Position numbers and translations under genes: made by a program. Below the pieces are notes generated by a model that was not told the origin of the DNA, made no database searches, and saw only the letters and a list, made by a program, of their open reading frames with translations. Positions 34,842 through 44,002 of a stretch of DNA of 50,104 nt are shown here, in pieces (positions within the stretch are counted from its first letter, which is position 1; the number at the start of each line of letters is the position of its first letter). The DNA lies in IMG/VR virus record IMGVR_UViG_3300030045_000003, positions 1-50,104 of that record; one strand, given 5' to 3'. Source of the stretch: a virus (Duplodnaviria > Caudoviricetes).

Positions 34842-37104
34842 CGGTCGTCTCCGTGAATGCGTAGGTGCGGGTTTCCGCAGGGAAAACAAAGTTGCGAGAT
34901 TCCGGGCCGAACGCATAGACGCGCGACTCGGGCGGGAACACGAACACCCGCGATTCAGGCGGGTAGATGAACATCCGAAGCAGGGTGAAGGCAATCTCGA
35001 CCCAGTTCACCGTGTCCTGCGCCGATCCGGCCTCGGAAATCGTGACGCCCTGCCCGGTCGAATTGTCCACGGTATCGGCAGCGGAAGCCACTTCGGCCAG
35101 TGCCGCCCCGAGCGCGCCAGCAGCGTCCTCCACGTCCTGTGCCGCCCCGAACTCCAACGCCTGGGCAACCAGCAGCGCGGACGCTCCGGTCGAATCGGTC
35201 GCGGCCAGCGCCTCGGCAATCAGTTCGGCGATTGCCAGGAGCGCCGATGGCGCGTCCGACGCGGCGCCGGACTCAGAAATCGCTGCCGGCGTGACGCGCT
35301 GATCGCTGACCGTATCCAGCGCCGCCAGGCCATCGGCGAGCGCCGCCCCCAGGATTGCCGCCACGGACACGGCATCTGCGGCCGCGCCAGCCTCAGCAAT
35401 GGCCGACAGCAGGACTGCCGTCGCCGAAGGTGAATCCGCTGCAGAGAGCGCTTCGCTGACCACCTGTCCGTTGAAGACGGTCGCAGTCGGCGTGTCCGCT
35501 GCAGTACCCGATTCGGAGATGGCACCGCCAGTGATTGCAGTCGTCGAGACGGTATCCGCCGCCGAACCGGCTTCCGAAATGCTTGCCGTCCCGGTGTTGG
35601 TCGCCGATGGGCTGTCGCTGGCGGCGCCCGATTCGGCCACTGCGACGGTCGTGGCACCCGAATAGCTGACCGTATCGGCCGCGGCGCCGGCTTCGCTGAT
35701 GGATTGCGTCGTGACCAGCGCCGCCGATGGGGAATCCGCCGCGCTTCCCGCTTCGGAAATGGCCTGCGTTGTCGTGTTTGTGGCACTGACAGCATCCGAT
35801 GCCGCACCGGACTCGGCGACCGCCGATCCAAATACCGCCGTCGCGGCCACCGAATCGGCCGCAGAGCCACTTTCGGAGATGGCCTGGGGGGTGGATAGCG
35901 TGGCGGACGGGGAATCGCTTGCGGAGCCCGTTTCGCTGATCGCGCTGGTCGTCGAGTTACCGGCGCTCACGGCATCGCTGGCGCTGCCGGATTCCGCGAT
36001 GGCCTGCGTCGTCACGATAACTGCAGACGGCGCGTCGCTCGCCGAACCGCTCTCCGCGATGGCTTGGCCCGTCGTGAATACCGCCGATGGCGCGTCCGAT
36101 GCCGATCCGGACTCGGAAATGCTCACGTTGTAGGTGTTCCCGCCGCCCGAGAACGTTCCTTGCATGAACGTGCCGAACGCGCCCGCGCCGAACGGCATGC
36201 CGAAGGTCGTCGTGACGCGCTCGCCAGTCCCGGCTAGGTTGAACGCCACCAGCAGCGCCGCCACGGCCGAAGTGACCGATCCGTTGCTGTCGGTGACGAT
36301 GCACTGATACTGCCGCCCCTGGATGGAGTAGGTCGCGGTTGGCGTCGTGAAGGTCGAACTCGTGGCGCCCGTGATGTTGGCAAACGATCCGGTCGAATTG
36401 TCTTGCCATTGATAGGACAGCGACCCGGCGCTGGCCGTGGCCGTGACAGAGAACGTCGCCGTGGCGCCAGCGTTTGCCGTCTGATTCGTCGGCTGCGCGG
36501 TGATCGTCGGGCCGGTCAGCAGCGGGCGAAGCGCAATGCTCCGCGCCACCCAGTCCCCGCCACCCGTCGATGTGACGCCGGACACGGTGCCGGCGGTCGT
36601 GATGATCGCGTCGGCAGCAACGCACCAATCAGCACTTGCCGCGCGTTGCGTGTACCCGGTTGGCTGCGATGCGATGGCATTGAAGTTCGTCGAGATGACG
36701 ACATTCAAGGCGTTCGCGCTGACCGTCGTAATCGACGGATAGCTGATCGTCCCGCTTGTGCCCGTTGCCGGCGTTGGCGGCGTGACGTCCAGCGGCGTCG
36801 TGGTGTTGACGCCTCGATATGCGCCGAGCGCGCCTTCGATTGTCGAACCGCCCACCGGGGTAAACGTGAAGTTCCCGGACTCCGACCCCGTGGCCGTGTA
36901 GATCAGGACGGTAGTCGGAAACCCATTCGACGGGGTGTTGACCGTCGAGCCGACAGCAGTCCAGGACGTGGCCGTGACGCCCGTACCGGAGTCTTGCAGG
37001 AACTCCGCAAGAAGGATGTCCCCCGCCGCCAGGCCAGAAGGGACGGCGATGTTGACCGTGCCGGTGCCTGATCCAGAGTTCCCGCCGACGTAGGTGATTG
37101 CCAT
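34831..37104 (-). CDS. Large repetitive fibre-like protein with Ig-like domain
   Basis: 757 aa; PTITAQP...ATFSVTA...LSYQWQ...YQCIVT Ig motif; ~19 tandem 20-aa repeats; 9-aa C-terminal repeats. Confidence 0.8.
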   Translation of the reverse strand: MAITYVGGNSGSGTGTVNIAVPSGLAAGDILLAEFLQDSGTGVTATSWTAVGSTVNTPSNGFPTTVLIYTATGSESGNFTFTPVGGSTIEGALGAYRGVNTTTPLDVTPPTPATGTSGTISYPSITTVSANALNVVISTNFNAIASQPTGYTQRAASADWCVAADAIITTAGTVSGVTSTGGGDWVARSIALRPLLTGPTITAQPTNQTANAGATATFSVTATASAGSLSYQWQDNSTGSFANITGATSSTFTTPTATYSIQGRQYQCIVTDSNGSVTSAVAALLVAFNLAGTGERVTTTFGMPFGAGAFGTFMQGTFSGGGNTYNVSISESGSASDAPSAVFTTGQAIAESGSASDAPSAVIVTTQAIAESGSASDAVSAGNSTTSAISETGSASDSPSATLSTPQAISESGSAADSVAATAVFGSAVAESGAASDAVSATNTTTQAISEAGSAADSPSAALVTTQSISEAGAAADTVSYSGATTVAVAESGAASDSPSATNTGTASISEAGSAADTVSTTAITGGAISESGTAADTPTATVFNGQVVSEALSAADSPSATAVLLSAIAEAGAAADAVSVAAILGAALADGLAALDTVSDQRVTPAAISESGAASDAPSALLAIAELIAEALAATDSTGASALLVAQALEFGAAQDVEDAAGALGAALAEVASAADTVDNSTGQGVTISEAGSAQDTVNWVEIAFTLLRMFIYPPESRVFVFPPESRVYAFGPESRNFVFPAETRTYAFTETTDGL

Positions 37105-37126
37105 CGCTTAGGGCCGGCGATGGAAG

Positions 37127-37546
37127 TCAGGCCGCGAGCTGCGGCAACCCTGCGATCAACGCGTCCACCGTGGGCGCCGGTACCGTGCCGGCCTGCACCT
37201 GGGCGAGCACCCCATAGCAGTAGGCCCAGCAGGCATCGCGCCAAGGCTTCAGGCGCGCCGCGTCGGCCGCGAACTGGGCAACGGTGCTGCCAAAGTAGGT
37301 CACGGCCGACAGCATGGAGTCATAGCCGAGCGCCTGCGCCTGCGCGTCCAGGACGGCCTGCACAGCATCGCCGTACTCGCCCTCAGTGGGTTCCGGCGCG
37401 CTGATTTGGGTTGGCGCATTGCCCGCCTGCACCCATGCGGTATAGGCCGCAAACAGCGGGTCGGTAACGGACTGAGTCGGCGCGCATACCGCCCCGTCCG
37501 AATCGCGAGTGACCACGCCCGTGGCCGAATTGAACGTGTAGGTCAT
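37127..37546 (-). CDS. Tail-fibre assembly chaperone-like protein
   Basis: Y.AW..AGN.P and LDAQAQALGYDS..SA.TY...WRD.CW motifs. Confidence 0.6.
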   Translation of the reverse strand: MTYTFNSATGVVTRDSDGAVCAPTQSVTDPLFAAYTAWVQAGNAPTQISAPEPTEGEYGDAVQAVLDAQAQALGYDSMLSAVTYFGSTVAQFAADAARLKPWRDACWAYCYGVLAQVQAGTVPAPTVDALIAGLPQLAA

Positions 37547-37547
37547 G

Positions 37548-38759
37548 TCAGCACTCCGGGCTCAGGTAGAGGCCGGCATTGTCGTAGGCGCAAGCCAGCG
37601 CGGTCGCATTGTTTGTGCGCCAGATTCTCGGCGCGAGCAGCGTGCCCGCTTGCGGAACCACGCTCGATGAACCCGACAGCGTGTTCGTATAGACCGCACC
37701 CGTGTTCAAGTTCGTCACCTGGACGTAATACGTACTGGCGGTCGCCGATGGCGAGAAAATCGCCAGTTCGAACAATACGGACGTCGAATTGCCCGGGAAG
37801 TTTGTCGAGCCCAGCGCGATAGTGGTTTGCGCCGAGCTTCCGCCGTACACCAGATAAAGCTGCGTCGAGTCGGTGGACAGTTGCGCCACGCCAATCTGGT
37901 TCGTCAGCGTGCTCGGGTCAACGTTGGTTGGTGCCGAGACGTTGGAGCCGATGCCCGCATAGAAGCGAACGCCGCTCACCGTGGCGGCATCGGATGGCCC
38001 GAAGCGCTGGACGTACAGGAAGCCGCTGCCGTCGCCCTTGGTGCCACTGCCAGGCCCGACCATGACCGCGGCATTGTACTGGTAGGCCAGTGAGCCGGCC
38101 GTGGCCGCCGAAACGTAGGCCAGCCGGCGTGCGAACGTCAGACGGTTGGTCGCCGCAACCGCGCGTGCGGTGGCCGTGCCGGTTGTGGTTGGCGCGACCA
38201 TGCCGAAGACGCCGGGGACGGTCGTGCTGCTGGAACCCGGCGGGCACCAGACCGCAGGCATGGCTTTGCCGAAATGCGATTGCATGAACTGCGGCACGCC
38301 ATCGGCGCCGAGTGCAGCAAGGAACGATCGGCCAGCCCACGCCTCGGGCACAAGCTCCATGACACCCGAGCCCGGCGTGGTAAGCGTCGAGCCTGCGGAC
38401 AGCACCGGGACAGGCGCAACCCCGTTCACGTCCAGCGTCAGCACCTTCGATCCGAGTGCGGCGATGGTCACATAGGTCGTGCCGGCCGCGAGCGAGACAA
38501 GCGCGTTGCTGTTGCTGGAAATCAGCACCGCCGTGCGCGCGACGGTGTTCGTCCCGGAGTAGGTGCCGAGACCTTCTTCATAGGCCCCGGTGGCGTTGCC
38601 GTTGCTGTCCACCTGCCAGAGCGCATACCAGAAGGTGTCCCCGGTGGAACAGACGGAACCGAATGCGCGAAAGCCCGTCAGCGCGCCTGCCGTTGTCAGT
38701 GAGCCCGTCCCGGTGGTGGTCGAGCTTTCCGCTACGCGGTCAGTTGAAACATGCGCCAT
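37548..38759 (-). CDS. Virion fibre/spike-like protein
   Basis: 403 aa, DRV.E..TTTGTG.....GA..GFR.F N-terminus, Thr/Gly/Ser-rich. Confidence 0.7.
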   Translation of the reverse strand: MAHVSTDRVAESSTTTGTGSLTTAGALTGFRAFGSVCSTGDTFWYALWQVDSNGNATGAYEEGLGTYSGTNTVARTAVLISSNSNALVSLAAGTTYVTIAALGSKVLTLDVNGVAPVPVLSAGSTLTTPGSGVMELVPEAWAGRSFLAALGADGVPQFMQSHFGKAMPAVWCPPGSSSTTVPGVFGMVAPTTTGTATARAVAATNRLTFARRLAYVSAATAGSLAYQYNAAVMVGPGSGTKGDGSGFLYVQRFGPSDAATVSGVRFYAGIGSNVSAPTNVDPSTLTNQIGVAQLSTDSTQLYLVYGGSSAQTTIALGSTNFPGNSTSVLFELAIFSPSATASTYYVQVTNLNTGAVYTNTLSGSSSVVPQAGTLLAPRIWRTNNATALACAYDNAGLYLSPEC

Positions 38760-38813
38760 GCATCCGGCTCCAGGCTATGAGACGTGGTGCCCCACAGCGT
38801 GGAGCGGGTGCCG

Positions 38814-38999
38814 TCAGGCCGACGCGGCGACGATCTGGTCTTCCGTGAACGAGCGTTCGTGTTTCTCGCCATCCGAGCCGGTGTAGGCAACGAAGAACTC
38901 GACGCTGTCGCCGTCCACGATGTGGGCGCGAGTCACGACGCCCTCGATGGGCTTGGCGTTTTGCTTGACGGCATCGCCGACTTTGAATTTCAGGGCCAT
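38814..38999 (-). CDS. Small hypothetical protein
   Basis: RBS GAGGA, 61 aa. Confidence 0.65.
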   Translation of the reverse strand: MALKFKVGDAVKQNAKPIEGVVTRAHIVDGDSVEFFVAYTGSDGEKHERSFTEDQIVAASA

Positions 39000-39008
39000 G
39001 ATGGTTCC

Positions 39009-39644
39009 TCAGACGGACAGGGTATACGAAACATTTAATGTGTCCCCCGAACTCACCGCTTTCGCGCCGCCCGTGAAGACGCCGGCCGAAAACAGCGTCC
39101 CGGTGGTGCCGTCCTTCGTCGCCACCGTGGTCAGGAAAGCGCCCTCCACCGAGTTGCCGGAAGACGTGATCGAAAACGTCAAGGCCGCAGACAGCGAAAT
39201 CGAGCCCGAGCTGGCCGCGCTCCATGCTGTCGTCGGGCGCGCGCTCTGCGAGTAGGTCGGCGCATTCGCACCGCCAGCCTCCAGCCACCCGGCATGGGAC
39301 GACATGGTGTCGCTGGCGCTGATCGCGCTGTAGGACACGCTGGAAATCAGACCCATGTAGAACGCCGCCGTGTAGGACGAACCGTTCATGTACTTATTCA
39401 GGAGGTCGTTTTTGCCCACCGTCACGACGGTATTCGGGCCGGGCGTTGACCACTTCAGGTTGCCGGCCGCATCGAAGCACTGGGCGTGATAGCAGCCCTT
39501 GAGCAGCAGCAGTTCCCCGATCAGCAGCCCGAACGCTTGCGATGCAAACGCCTTCATGCGCGAAACGAGCGTTTCGCCAGCGTGCGATTCTCCGCGCAGC
39601 ATGGCGACCGCCAGGGCGATGATGGACTTGATACGGTTGGTCAT
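39009..39644 (-). CDS. Virion structural protein
   Basis: NTVVTVGKN...FYMGLI...GTLFSAG.F...SGDTLNVSY pattern; ATG 39644. Confidence 0.65.
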   Translation of the reverse strand: MTNRIKSIIALAVAMLRGESHAGETLVSRMKAFASQAFGLLIGELLLLKGCYHAQCFDAAGNLKWSTPGPNTVVTVGKNDLLNKYMNGSSYTAAFYMGLISSVSYSAISASDTMSSHAGWLEAGGANAPTYSQSARPTTAWSAASSGSISLSAALTFSITSSGNSVEGAFLTTVATKDGTTGTLFSAGVFTGGAKAVSSGDTLNVSYTLSV

Positions 39645-39698
39645 TCGCTGCGCTCCAGCAGGTTGAAAATGTCCTCGGCAGTATAGTCGCCAGCCCAC

Positions 39699-39730
39699 AA
39701 AGAACAAAGGCCCGCACATGGCGGGCCTTG
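39699..39730 (-). terminator. Putative terminator after lysis cassette
   Basis: AAGGCCCGC-CATGT-GCGGGCCTT followed by TGTTCTTT. Confidence 0.65.
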
Positions 39731-39745
39731 TCGGGGCGCGGCGGC

Positions 39746-40102
39746 TTAGGTGGTCGGCGCGGCCGGGTCGGCAGCGGCCGGCGCAGGCGCGGCGGCGGGC
39801 GGCGCGAGCGCGGCATCGACCTTGGCCGACTCGGCGTCGGCCTCGGCACCGATGGCCGTGATCGCGTCGATTTCGGCCTGCGTCACGGGCGACTGGCTCG
39901 CCACGGAAGCGGCGAGCGCGGCCAGGGCGGCATCGACCTTGGCGGAAAGGGTTGCGACCTTGGCGGCGGTGGCGGCGGTGGCGTCGTCGAGTGCGGACAT
40001 GATTTCTTCCTTGATCTGGTGGATGGATCGCAGGATCACGCCCTGCGAAATCAGAATCATACGCTCGATGCGCTGCAATTCTGTGTCCGTTTGCTGGCTC
40101 AT
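39746..40102 (-). CDS. Ala-rich hypothetical protein
   Basis: 118 aa, overlaps the i-spanin stop. Confidence 0.55.
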   Translation of the reverse strand: MSQQTDTELQRIERMILISQGVILRSIHQIKEEIMSALDDATAATAAKVATLSAKVDAALAALAASVASQSPVTQAEIDAITAIGAEADAESAKVDAALAPPAAAPAPAAADPAAPTT

Positions 40103-40632
40103 GGCTTCACCAAGCTGTCGTAGTCACGGGCGCAGAGGTTGCCGCTGGCGCGGAGGCCGGCGGCGTAGGCGGCGAGGTCTGAAGCGTCCGATTCCGCGTC
40201 TGCGCGCGCTCCGAGAGCGCTCGCGTACAGTCCCCATGACACCATGTCGGTTCCGGGGTCGATTCCGGGCGCGCCTGGGGCGGAAGCGGCGGCATGGGCG
40301 CCGGCGGTTGCGCGACGAAGTGCGTCGTCTCGCAGGCGGTAAGCATCAGCGACAGCGCCGCGAGCAGACCGCAAATCAGCGGCTTGTGCCGCGATGGTGG
40401 ATTGCGCATCGGTGAGGTTCCCTGCCTGCTCCGCGATGACGCGGGCGGCTTTAGCGGTGGCGGCGGCACTGGCGGCATCGGCCGCGGCCTGCACTTGCGA
40501 CAGGATGGGCGCGGTCGCCTCGCGCTTGATCGCGGCATCATGGAATCCGAGCCACATCAGCACCGCGGCCACGATGATCAGGACGCCGACTATCTCGAAC
40601 TCCAGCCGCGACGGCAGCGCGAGCGCGCCCAT
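40099..40632 (-). CDS. i-spanin (Rz-like)
   Basis: N-terminal TM segment, Ala-rich coiled coil, C-terminal Cys; embeds a lipoprotein ORF. Confidence 0.8.
   Translation of the reverse strand: MGALALPSRLEFEIVGVLIIVAAVLMWLGFHDAAIKREATAPILSQVQAAADAASAAATAKAARVIAEQAGNLTDAQSTIAAQAADLRSARGAVADAYRLRDDALRRATAGAHAAASAPGAPGIDPGTDMVSWGLYASALGARADAESDASDLAAYAAGLRASGNLCARDYDSLVKP
40107..40409 (-). CDS. o-spanin (Rz1-like lipoprotein), nested in i-spanin
   Basis: MRNPPSRHKPLICGLLAALSLMLTA-C lipobox, Pro-rich mature part, alternate frame within Rz. Confidence 0.8.
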   Translation of the reverse strand: MRNPPSRHKPLICGLLAALSLMLTACETTHFVAQPPAPMPPLPPQARPESTPEPTWCHGDCTRALSERAQTRNRTLQTSPPTPPASAPAATSAPVTTTAW

Positions 40633-40633
40633 G

Positions 40634-40960
40634 TCACGCGGTCTTCACGCTCGCCGACGATGCGGCGGCTTGCACGCGGGCCAGCAGCGCAGCCTTGCGG
40701 GCGATGGTGGCGTCAGCATCGGCCTTGGCCTGTAGTTCGGCCGAGGTGTCCGACAGCCGCGCCACGAGCGAGCCGGTCAGCTTGACGATTTCGGAGTCCG
40801 TGTAGTCCTCCACGCGCTTTTCGACGGTGACGGCTTCGGCCTTGGCGCTTGCCACGAGCGCGGACACTTTTTTGCCGGCCTGGTAGTGCGCGAACGCACA
40901 CACCAGGACGCCGACAACGATGCACAGGGCGACGACTTGAAGACTGGAAAGTGCTTCCAT
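40634..40960 (-). CDS. Membrane protein in lysis cassette
   Basis: 108 aa, one N-terminal TM segment. Confidence 0.6.
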   Translation of the reverse strand: MEALSSLQVVALCIVVGVLVCAFAHYQAGKKVSALVASAKAEAVTVEKRVEDYTDSEIVKLTGSLVARLSDTSAELQAKADADATIARKAALLARVQAAASSASVKTA

Positions 40961-40970
40961 GGGGATTCCT

Positions 40971-41213
40971 TTAGGCTTGCGGGGGTTGATCGGGGGCGGC
41001 GGTGACGCTGCCTTGGTCGATCATACTGCCGAGAATGCCTAGTGCGGACACCGTCAGGACGATGTAAGCCACGACGTGCGGAGCCGAGGACGGCAGCGCC
41101 GCCTTCAGGTCGCCCGGAATCGCTTCCCATGCGCCGATGACGAGCCCGTTCAGTCCCAGCGCTTGCGCGCTGTACTTGCGATGCGTCCTCGTCCAGTTCG
41201 GCAGCAGGCGCAT
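40971..41213 (-). CDS. Holin
   Basis: 80 aa, two hydrophobic segments, adjacent to the endolysin. Confidence 0.65.
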   Translation of the reverse strand: MRLLPNWTRTHRKYSAQALGLNGLVIGAWEAIPGDLKAALPSSAPHVVAYIVLTVSALGILGSMIDQGSVTAAPDQPPQA

Positions 41214-41214
41214 T

Positions 41215-41670
41215 TCACACCACGTCGTCAGGCGTCTCGAACTCGCCCGCCTCGGCCGAGCGTCGAGCCGCGAGCCCGGCCAGATGCGCGCCGCCCGCCA
41301 TGTCCCAGCGCGCGAACTGGCCCTCGGCGCCGGCCGAATCGCCCGCGTTGATCATGCGCAGCATCGTGGACGATGCGAAGTTGCCCTCGCCCGCATTGAA
41401 CGTGAAGTCCACGAGCGCATCGAACTCGTGCTGCGTGAGCGGCACCGTGACCAGCCGATTGACGGCTGCGACGGCGGTGGCGATGTCCTCAAGAAGCCAC
41501 GCCTCTGCCTGCGCCTGGGTGCAGGTATCGCCCGGCTGAACACCAGCCGTGTGGCCGTAGCCAATCGTCCACGGCGCGCCACCCGTGCCAGGGTCAGCGT
41601 AGGCGACCAGGCGCAAGCCTTCTTCGCCTTCCGTCAGGTGTAGGCCGTCGGAGCTGTATTGCATGTTCAT
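41215..41670 (-). CDS. Endolysin, GH24 (T4-like) lysozyme
   Basis: EGLRLVAYADPGTGGAPWTIGYGHT, FDALVDFTFNAG, GL..RR..E motifs. Confidence 0.92.
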   Translation of the reverse strand: MNMQYSSDGLHLTEGEEGLRLVAYADPGTGGAPWTIGYGHTAGVQPGDTCTQAQAEAWLLEDIATAVAAVNRLVTVPLTQHEFDALVDFTFNAGEGNFASSTMLRMINAGDSAGAEGQFARWDMAGGAHLAGLAARRSAEAGEFETPDDVV

Positions 41671-41842
41671 GCCGGTGGTTCCTTGGTGGTGCGAATCTTG
41701 CCGTCCGGGCCGGTCACGATCCCGTATGGCCCCTGCGGCTTCGGTTCGGGTGCGGGCGGGGCCGGCGCGCGCGGGACAGCGGGGCCGAGCGGCCTCCACT
41801 TGTCAGGCATCGGATCATCCGTTGTCCGCATCGCAGCCCTCC

Positions 41843-42019
41843 CTATGAGTGCTTCCACCCGCTACTGACCAGCGCGAGCCACACGATGCCGGCCAGAAGT
41901 GCCGCAATCGCCGCTCGGAGCGTCCACTTTCCGAACTCAGCGAACTGATCGTCCAACCATTCCCGCAAGCCCTCTTTCAGGGCGTCCTTCATCGCTTCGT
42001 TTTGGGGCTCGACTGGCAT
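41843..42019 (-). CDS. Small membrane protein (58 aa), holin/antiholin candidate
   Basis: Hand-translated MPVEPQNEAMKDALKEGLREWLDDQFAEFGKWTLRAAIAALLAGIVWLALVSSGWKHS; first gene of the lysis cassette. Confidence 0.6.
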   Translation of the reverse strand: MPVEPQNEAMKDALKEGLREWLDDQFAEFGKWTLRAAIAALLAGIVWLALVSSGWKHS

Positions 42020-42064
42020 TTCGGTTCATCGCGTTGAGTTACGGGATGATACTTGAGCCCTGGA

Positions 42065-42784
42065 TCAAGTGAAAGGCGGGATGCTGGCCGGGTTGAACTC
42101 CGTGGTCTGCACGGTGTAGTTCGCGGTGAACAGGCAGTCCGTCGAAATCAGAAGCTCATCGACCCCATTGATCGGATCAGGGGTCGCCAGGGCATACAGG
42201 CCGATGTACAAATCGACGCCGCTCGCCTGAGTGTAGTTGTTCGTCGTCGTGCCCGTCACCGAACTGACCACGCCATTCACGGCGCAACGAACGACATTCG
42301 AGGAATCTCGGCTCAATGCAATCGCGTAGGTCTCTCCGGCCGCGAAACTGAAGTCCGTGAAGTCGATGTGCGAGATGCCAAAGCCATACTGCCCGGTGTA
42401 CCAAGATATGACGCCGCCAACGATGTAGAAGATGATCGGGAACGTTCCCGTATCTCCAATCGCCGTCACGAACCGATAGACCTTCGATGAATCAAAGCCT
42501 GAAGGGCATATCCACCGGAAAACTATCGTGAACTTTCCGGCCATCGATAGGCCGGAAGGGAACGGCGTGTATATCCCGTCCCCCGAGGTGGCCGCGAGCA
42601 GCCCGGCGTTTCCAAGGACTGCCGTGGTGGCACTGATGACCGTCGTGCCCTGTGTCGGCGTCCACGTATTGGGAACGGGCGCCGAGTCGGTGAATGTCTG
42701 CGTCCCGCTTGTCCCGTCGAAGTGCAGCAAGACCTTTGTCGGACTTGCGGGGGCGCCGCGGTAACGAGTCGCGGCCGGGATCAA
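42065..42784 (-). CDS. LamG/concanavalin-like domain tail protein
   Basis: VLLHFDGTSGTQTFTDS...IG.....NG.DEL.I...YT motif; TTG start overlapping the upstream TGA. Confidence 0.65.
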   Translation of the reverse strand: MIPAATRYRGAPASPTKVLLHFDGTSGTQTFTDSAPVPNTWTPTQGTTVISATTAVLGNAGLLAATSGDGIYTPFPSGLSMAGKFTIVFRWICPSGFDSSKVYRFVTAIGDTGTFPIIFYIVGGVISWYTGQYGFGISHIDFTDFSFAAGETYAIALSRDSSNVVRCAVNGVVSSVTGTTTNNYTQASGVDLYIGLYALATPDPINGVDELLISTDCLFTANYTVQTTEFNPASIPPFT

Positions 42785-43713
42785 GTGTTGTCCCCGGACA
42801 AGACCCACACGTCGCTGCCCAGGTATGTCAGCAGCAGCGTGGAATTCTGCGCGCGCGCCGTCAGGGACGAGGCATTGAGCACCGTAACCCCCGCGCCCGG
42901 CGTGATGGTCGTTTGGCCGGCGCCCAGCTGGATGACCTGGATCATCGTCTGACCGACCCACGCCACCGACGAATGCGGGGGCACCGTCACGGCGTTTGCC
43001 GAGGCGTTGTTCATCGAGACGATGCCCTGGCTTGATGATGCCGCAGGGGCGTCCGTCAGCGCCAGCGTGTAGGCCGTTCCTGTCTGCGGATTGTAGGCGG
43101 GCGGGTTCCCGCTCGCAGCCGCAGGCGCGGCCCACTTCACGCCGTCCGTTTGTGTGCTATCAGCAGTCAGGACGTAGGTGTCCGTGCCAACGCCCAAACG
43201 GGCAGGCGCGCCAGACGTTCCACCAACGATCAGGTCGCCCTTGGTGGTCATGGGGCTGACGAAGGATGCCGCCCACGCGGGCGCCCCGGAGACGACGGTG
43301 AGCACGAACCCGCCCGTACCGATCCCCAGGCGTTGCGCCGCACCGGACGCGCCGCCCGTGATGATGTCGCCAAGCGTGGTCATCGGGTTGGCGAAGGACG
43401 CGCCCTGCGAGAACTGCGACGCCTGGCCGGCCGTAAACCGATTGTTGGCGAAATCGCCCGTCGTCCAGTTCAGTGCGGTCGTGCCTTCTTGCGCGCGCAC
43501 CACGGTGCACACATCGCCCGACCTGGCGGTGCAGTGCGTGATTTCGTTGACGTCGCCCGTGGCTGCGTCCGTCAGCGACAGGACGAAGTAGTCGCCCCCG
43601 CTCGGGCTCGGGAACAGCGCGCCCTGCCCGGTGGCAAGCGTCAGCGACGTGGCCGACGTGGTGATCGGAGACGCCAGCGATGAATTGGCGTTGTTGGCGA
43701 AAAGGATCGTCAT
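42781..43713 (-). CDS. Tail fibre-like protein 2
   Basis: N-terminus paralogous to 44003-45121; TT.GD.I.GG.SGA..RLG.GT repeats. Confidence 0.75.
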   Translation of the reverse strand: MTILFANNANSSLASPITTSATSLTLATGQGALFPSPSGGDYFVLSLTDAATGDVNEITHCTARSGDVCTVVRAQEGTTALNWTTGDFANNRFTAGQASQFSQGASFANPMTTLGDIITGGASGAAQRLGIGTGGFVLTVVSGAPAWAASFVSPMTTKGDLIVGGTSGAPARLGVGTDTYVLTADSTQTDGVKWAAPAAASGNPPAYNPQTGTAYTLALTDAPAASSSQGIVSMNNASANAVTVPPHSSVAWVGQTMIQVIQLGAGQTTITPGAGVTVLNASSLTARAQNSTLLLTYLGSDVWVLSGDNT

Positions 43714-43725
43714 GTTCGAGGCGGC

Positions 43726-43983
43726 TTAGAAGCCGATCCAGGCCAGCTTGTCCGACGTATTGGCGCCGATCAGGTAGAGCTGGTTCAGGTTCGCGAGCGG
43801 CAGGCTGATCACGTCGCCCGGATCGAGGATGTAGCCGGTGGCCGTCGTTTCACCGGCCGCGCCAATCTCGATGACCGCCGCGTTGGACTTGGGCGCCTTC
43901 AGAAGCACCGGGCCGAACGAAAACGCGACGCTCGGGAGGACGGCTGCGGTGGTGGTGGTGGCCTGCTGGCCGGTCTTTGCCAT
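43726..43983 (-). CDS. Small virion-associated protein
   Basis: 85 aa, RBS GAGGA. Confidence 0.6.
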   Translation of the reverse strand: MAKTGQQATTTTAAVLPSVAFSFGPVLLKAPKSNAAVIEIGAAGETTATGYILDPGDVISLPLANLNQLYLIGANTSDKLAWIGF

Positions 43984-44002
43984 GGTGATTCCTCGGGGTT
44001 GG

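Noticed and set aside
34985-36120. Second CRISPR array (60-bp periodicity)
   Set aside because: Periodicity comes from degenerate 20-aa protein repeats with wobble variation; no invariant DNA repeat.
43990-43999. Spacer 1 match (TCCTCGGGGT); other partial matches near 7780 and 28400
   Set aside because: 10 contiguous nt, or at most about half of positions matched; expected by chance in 50 kb.
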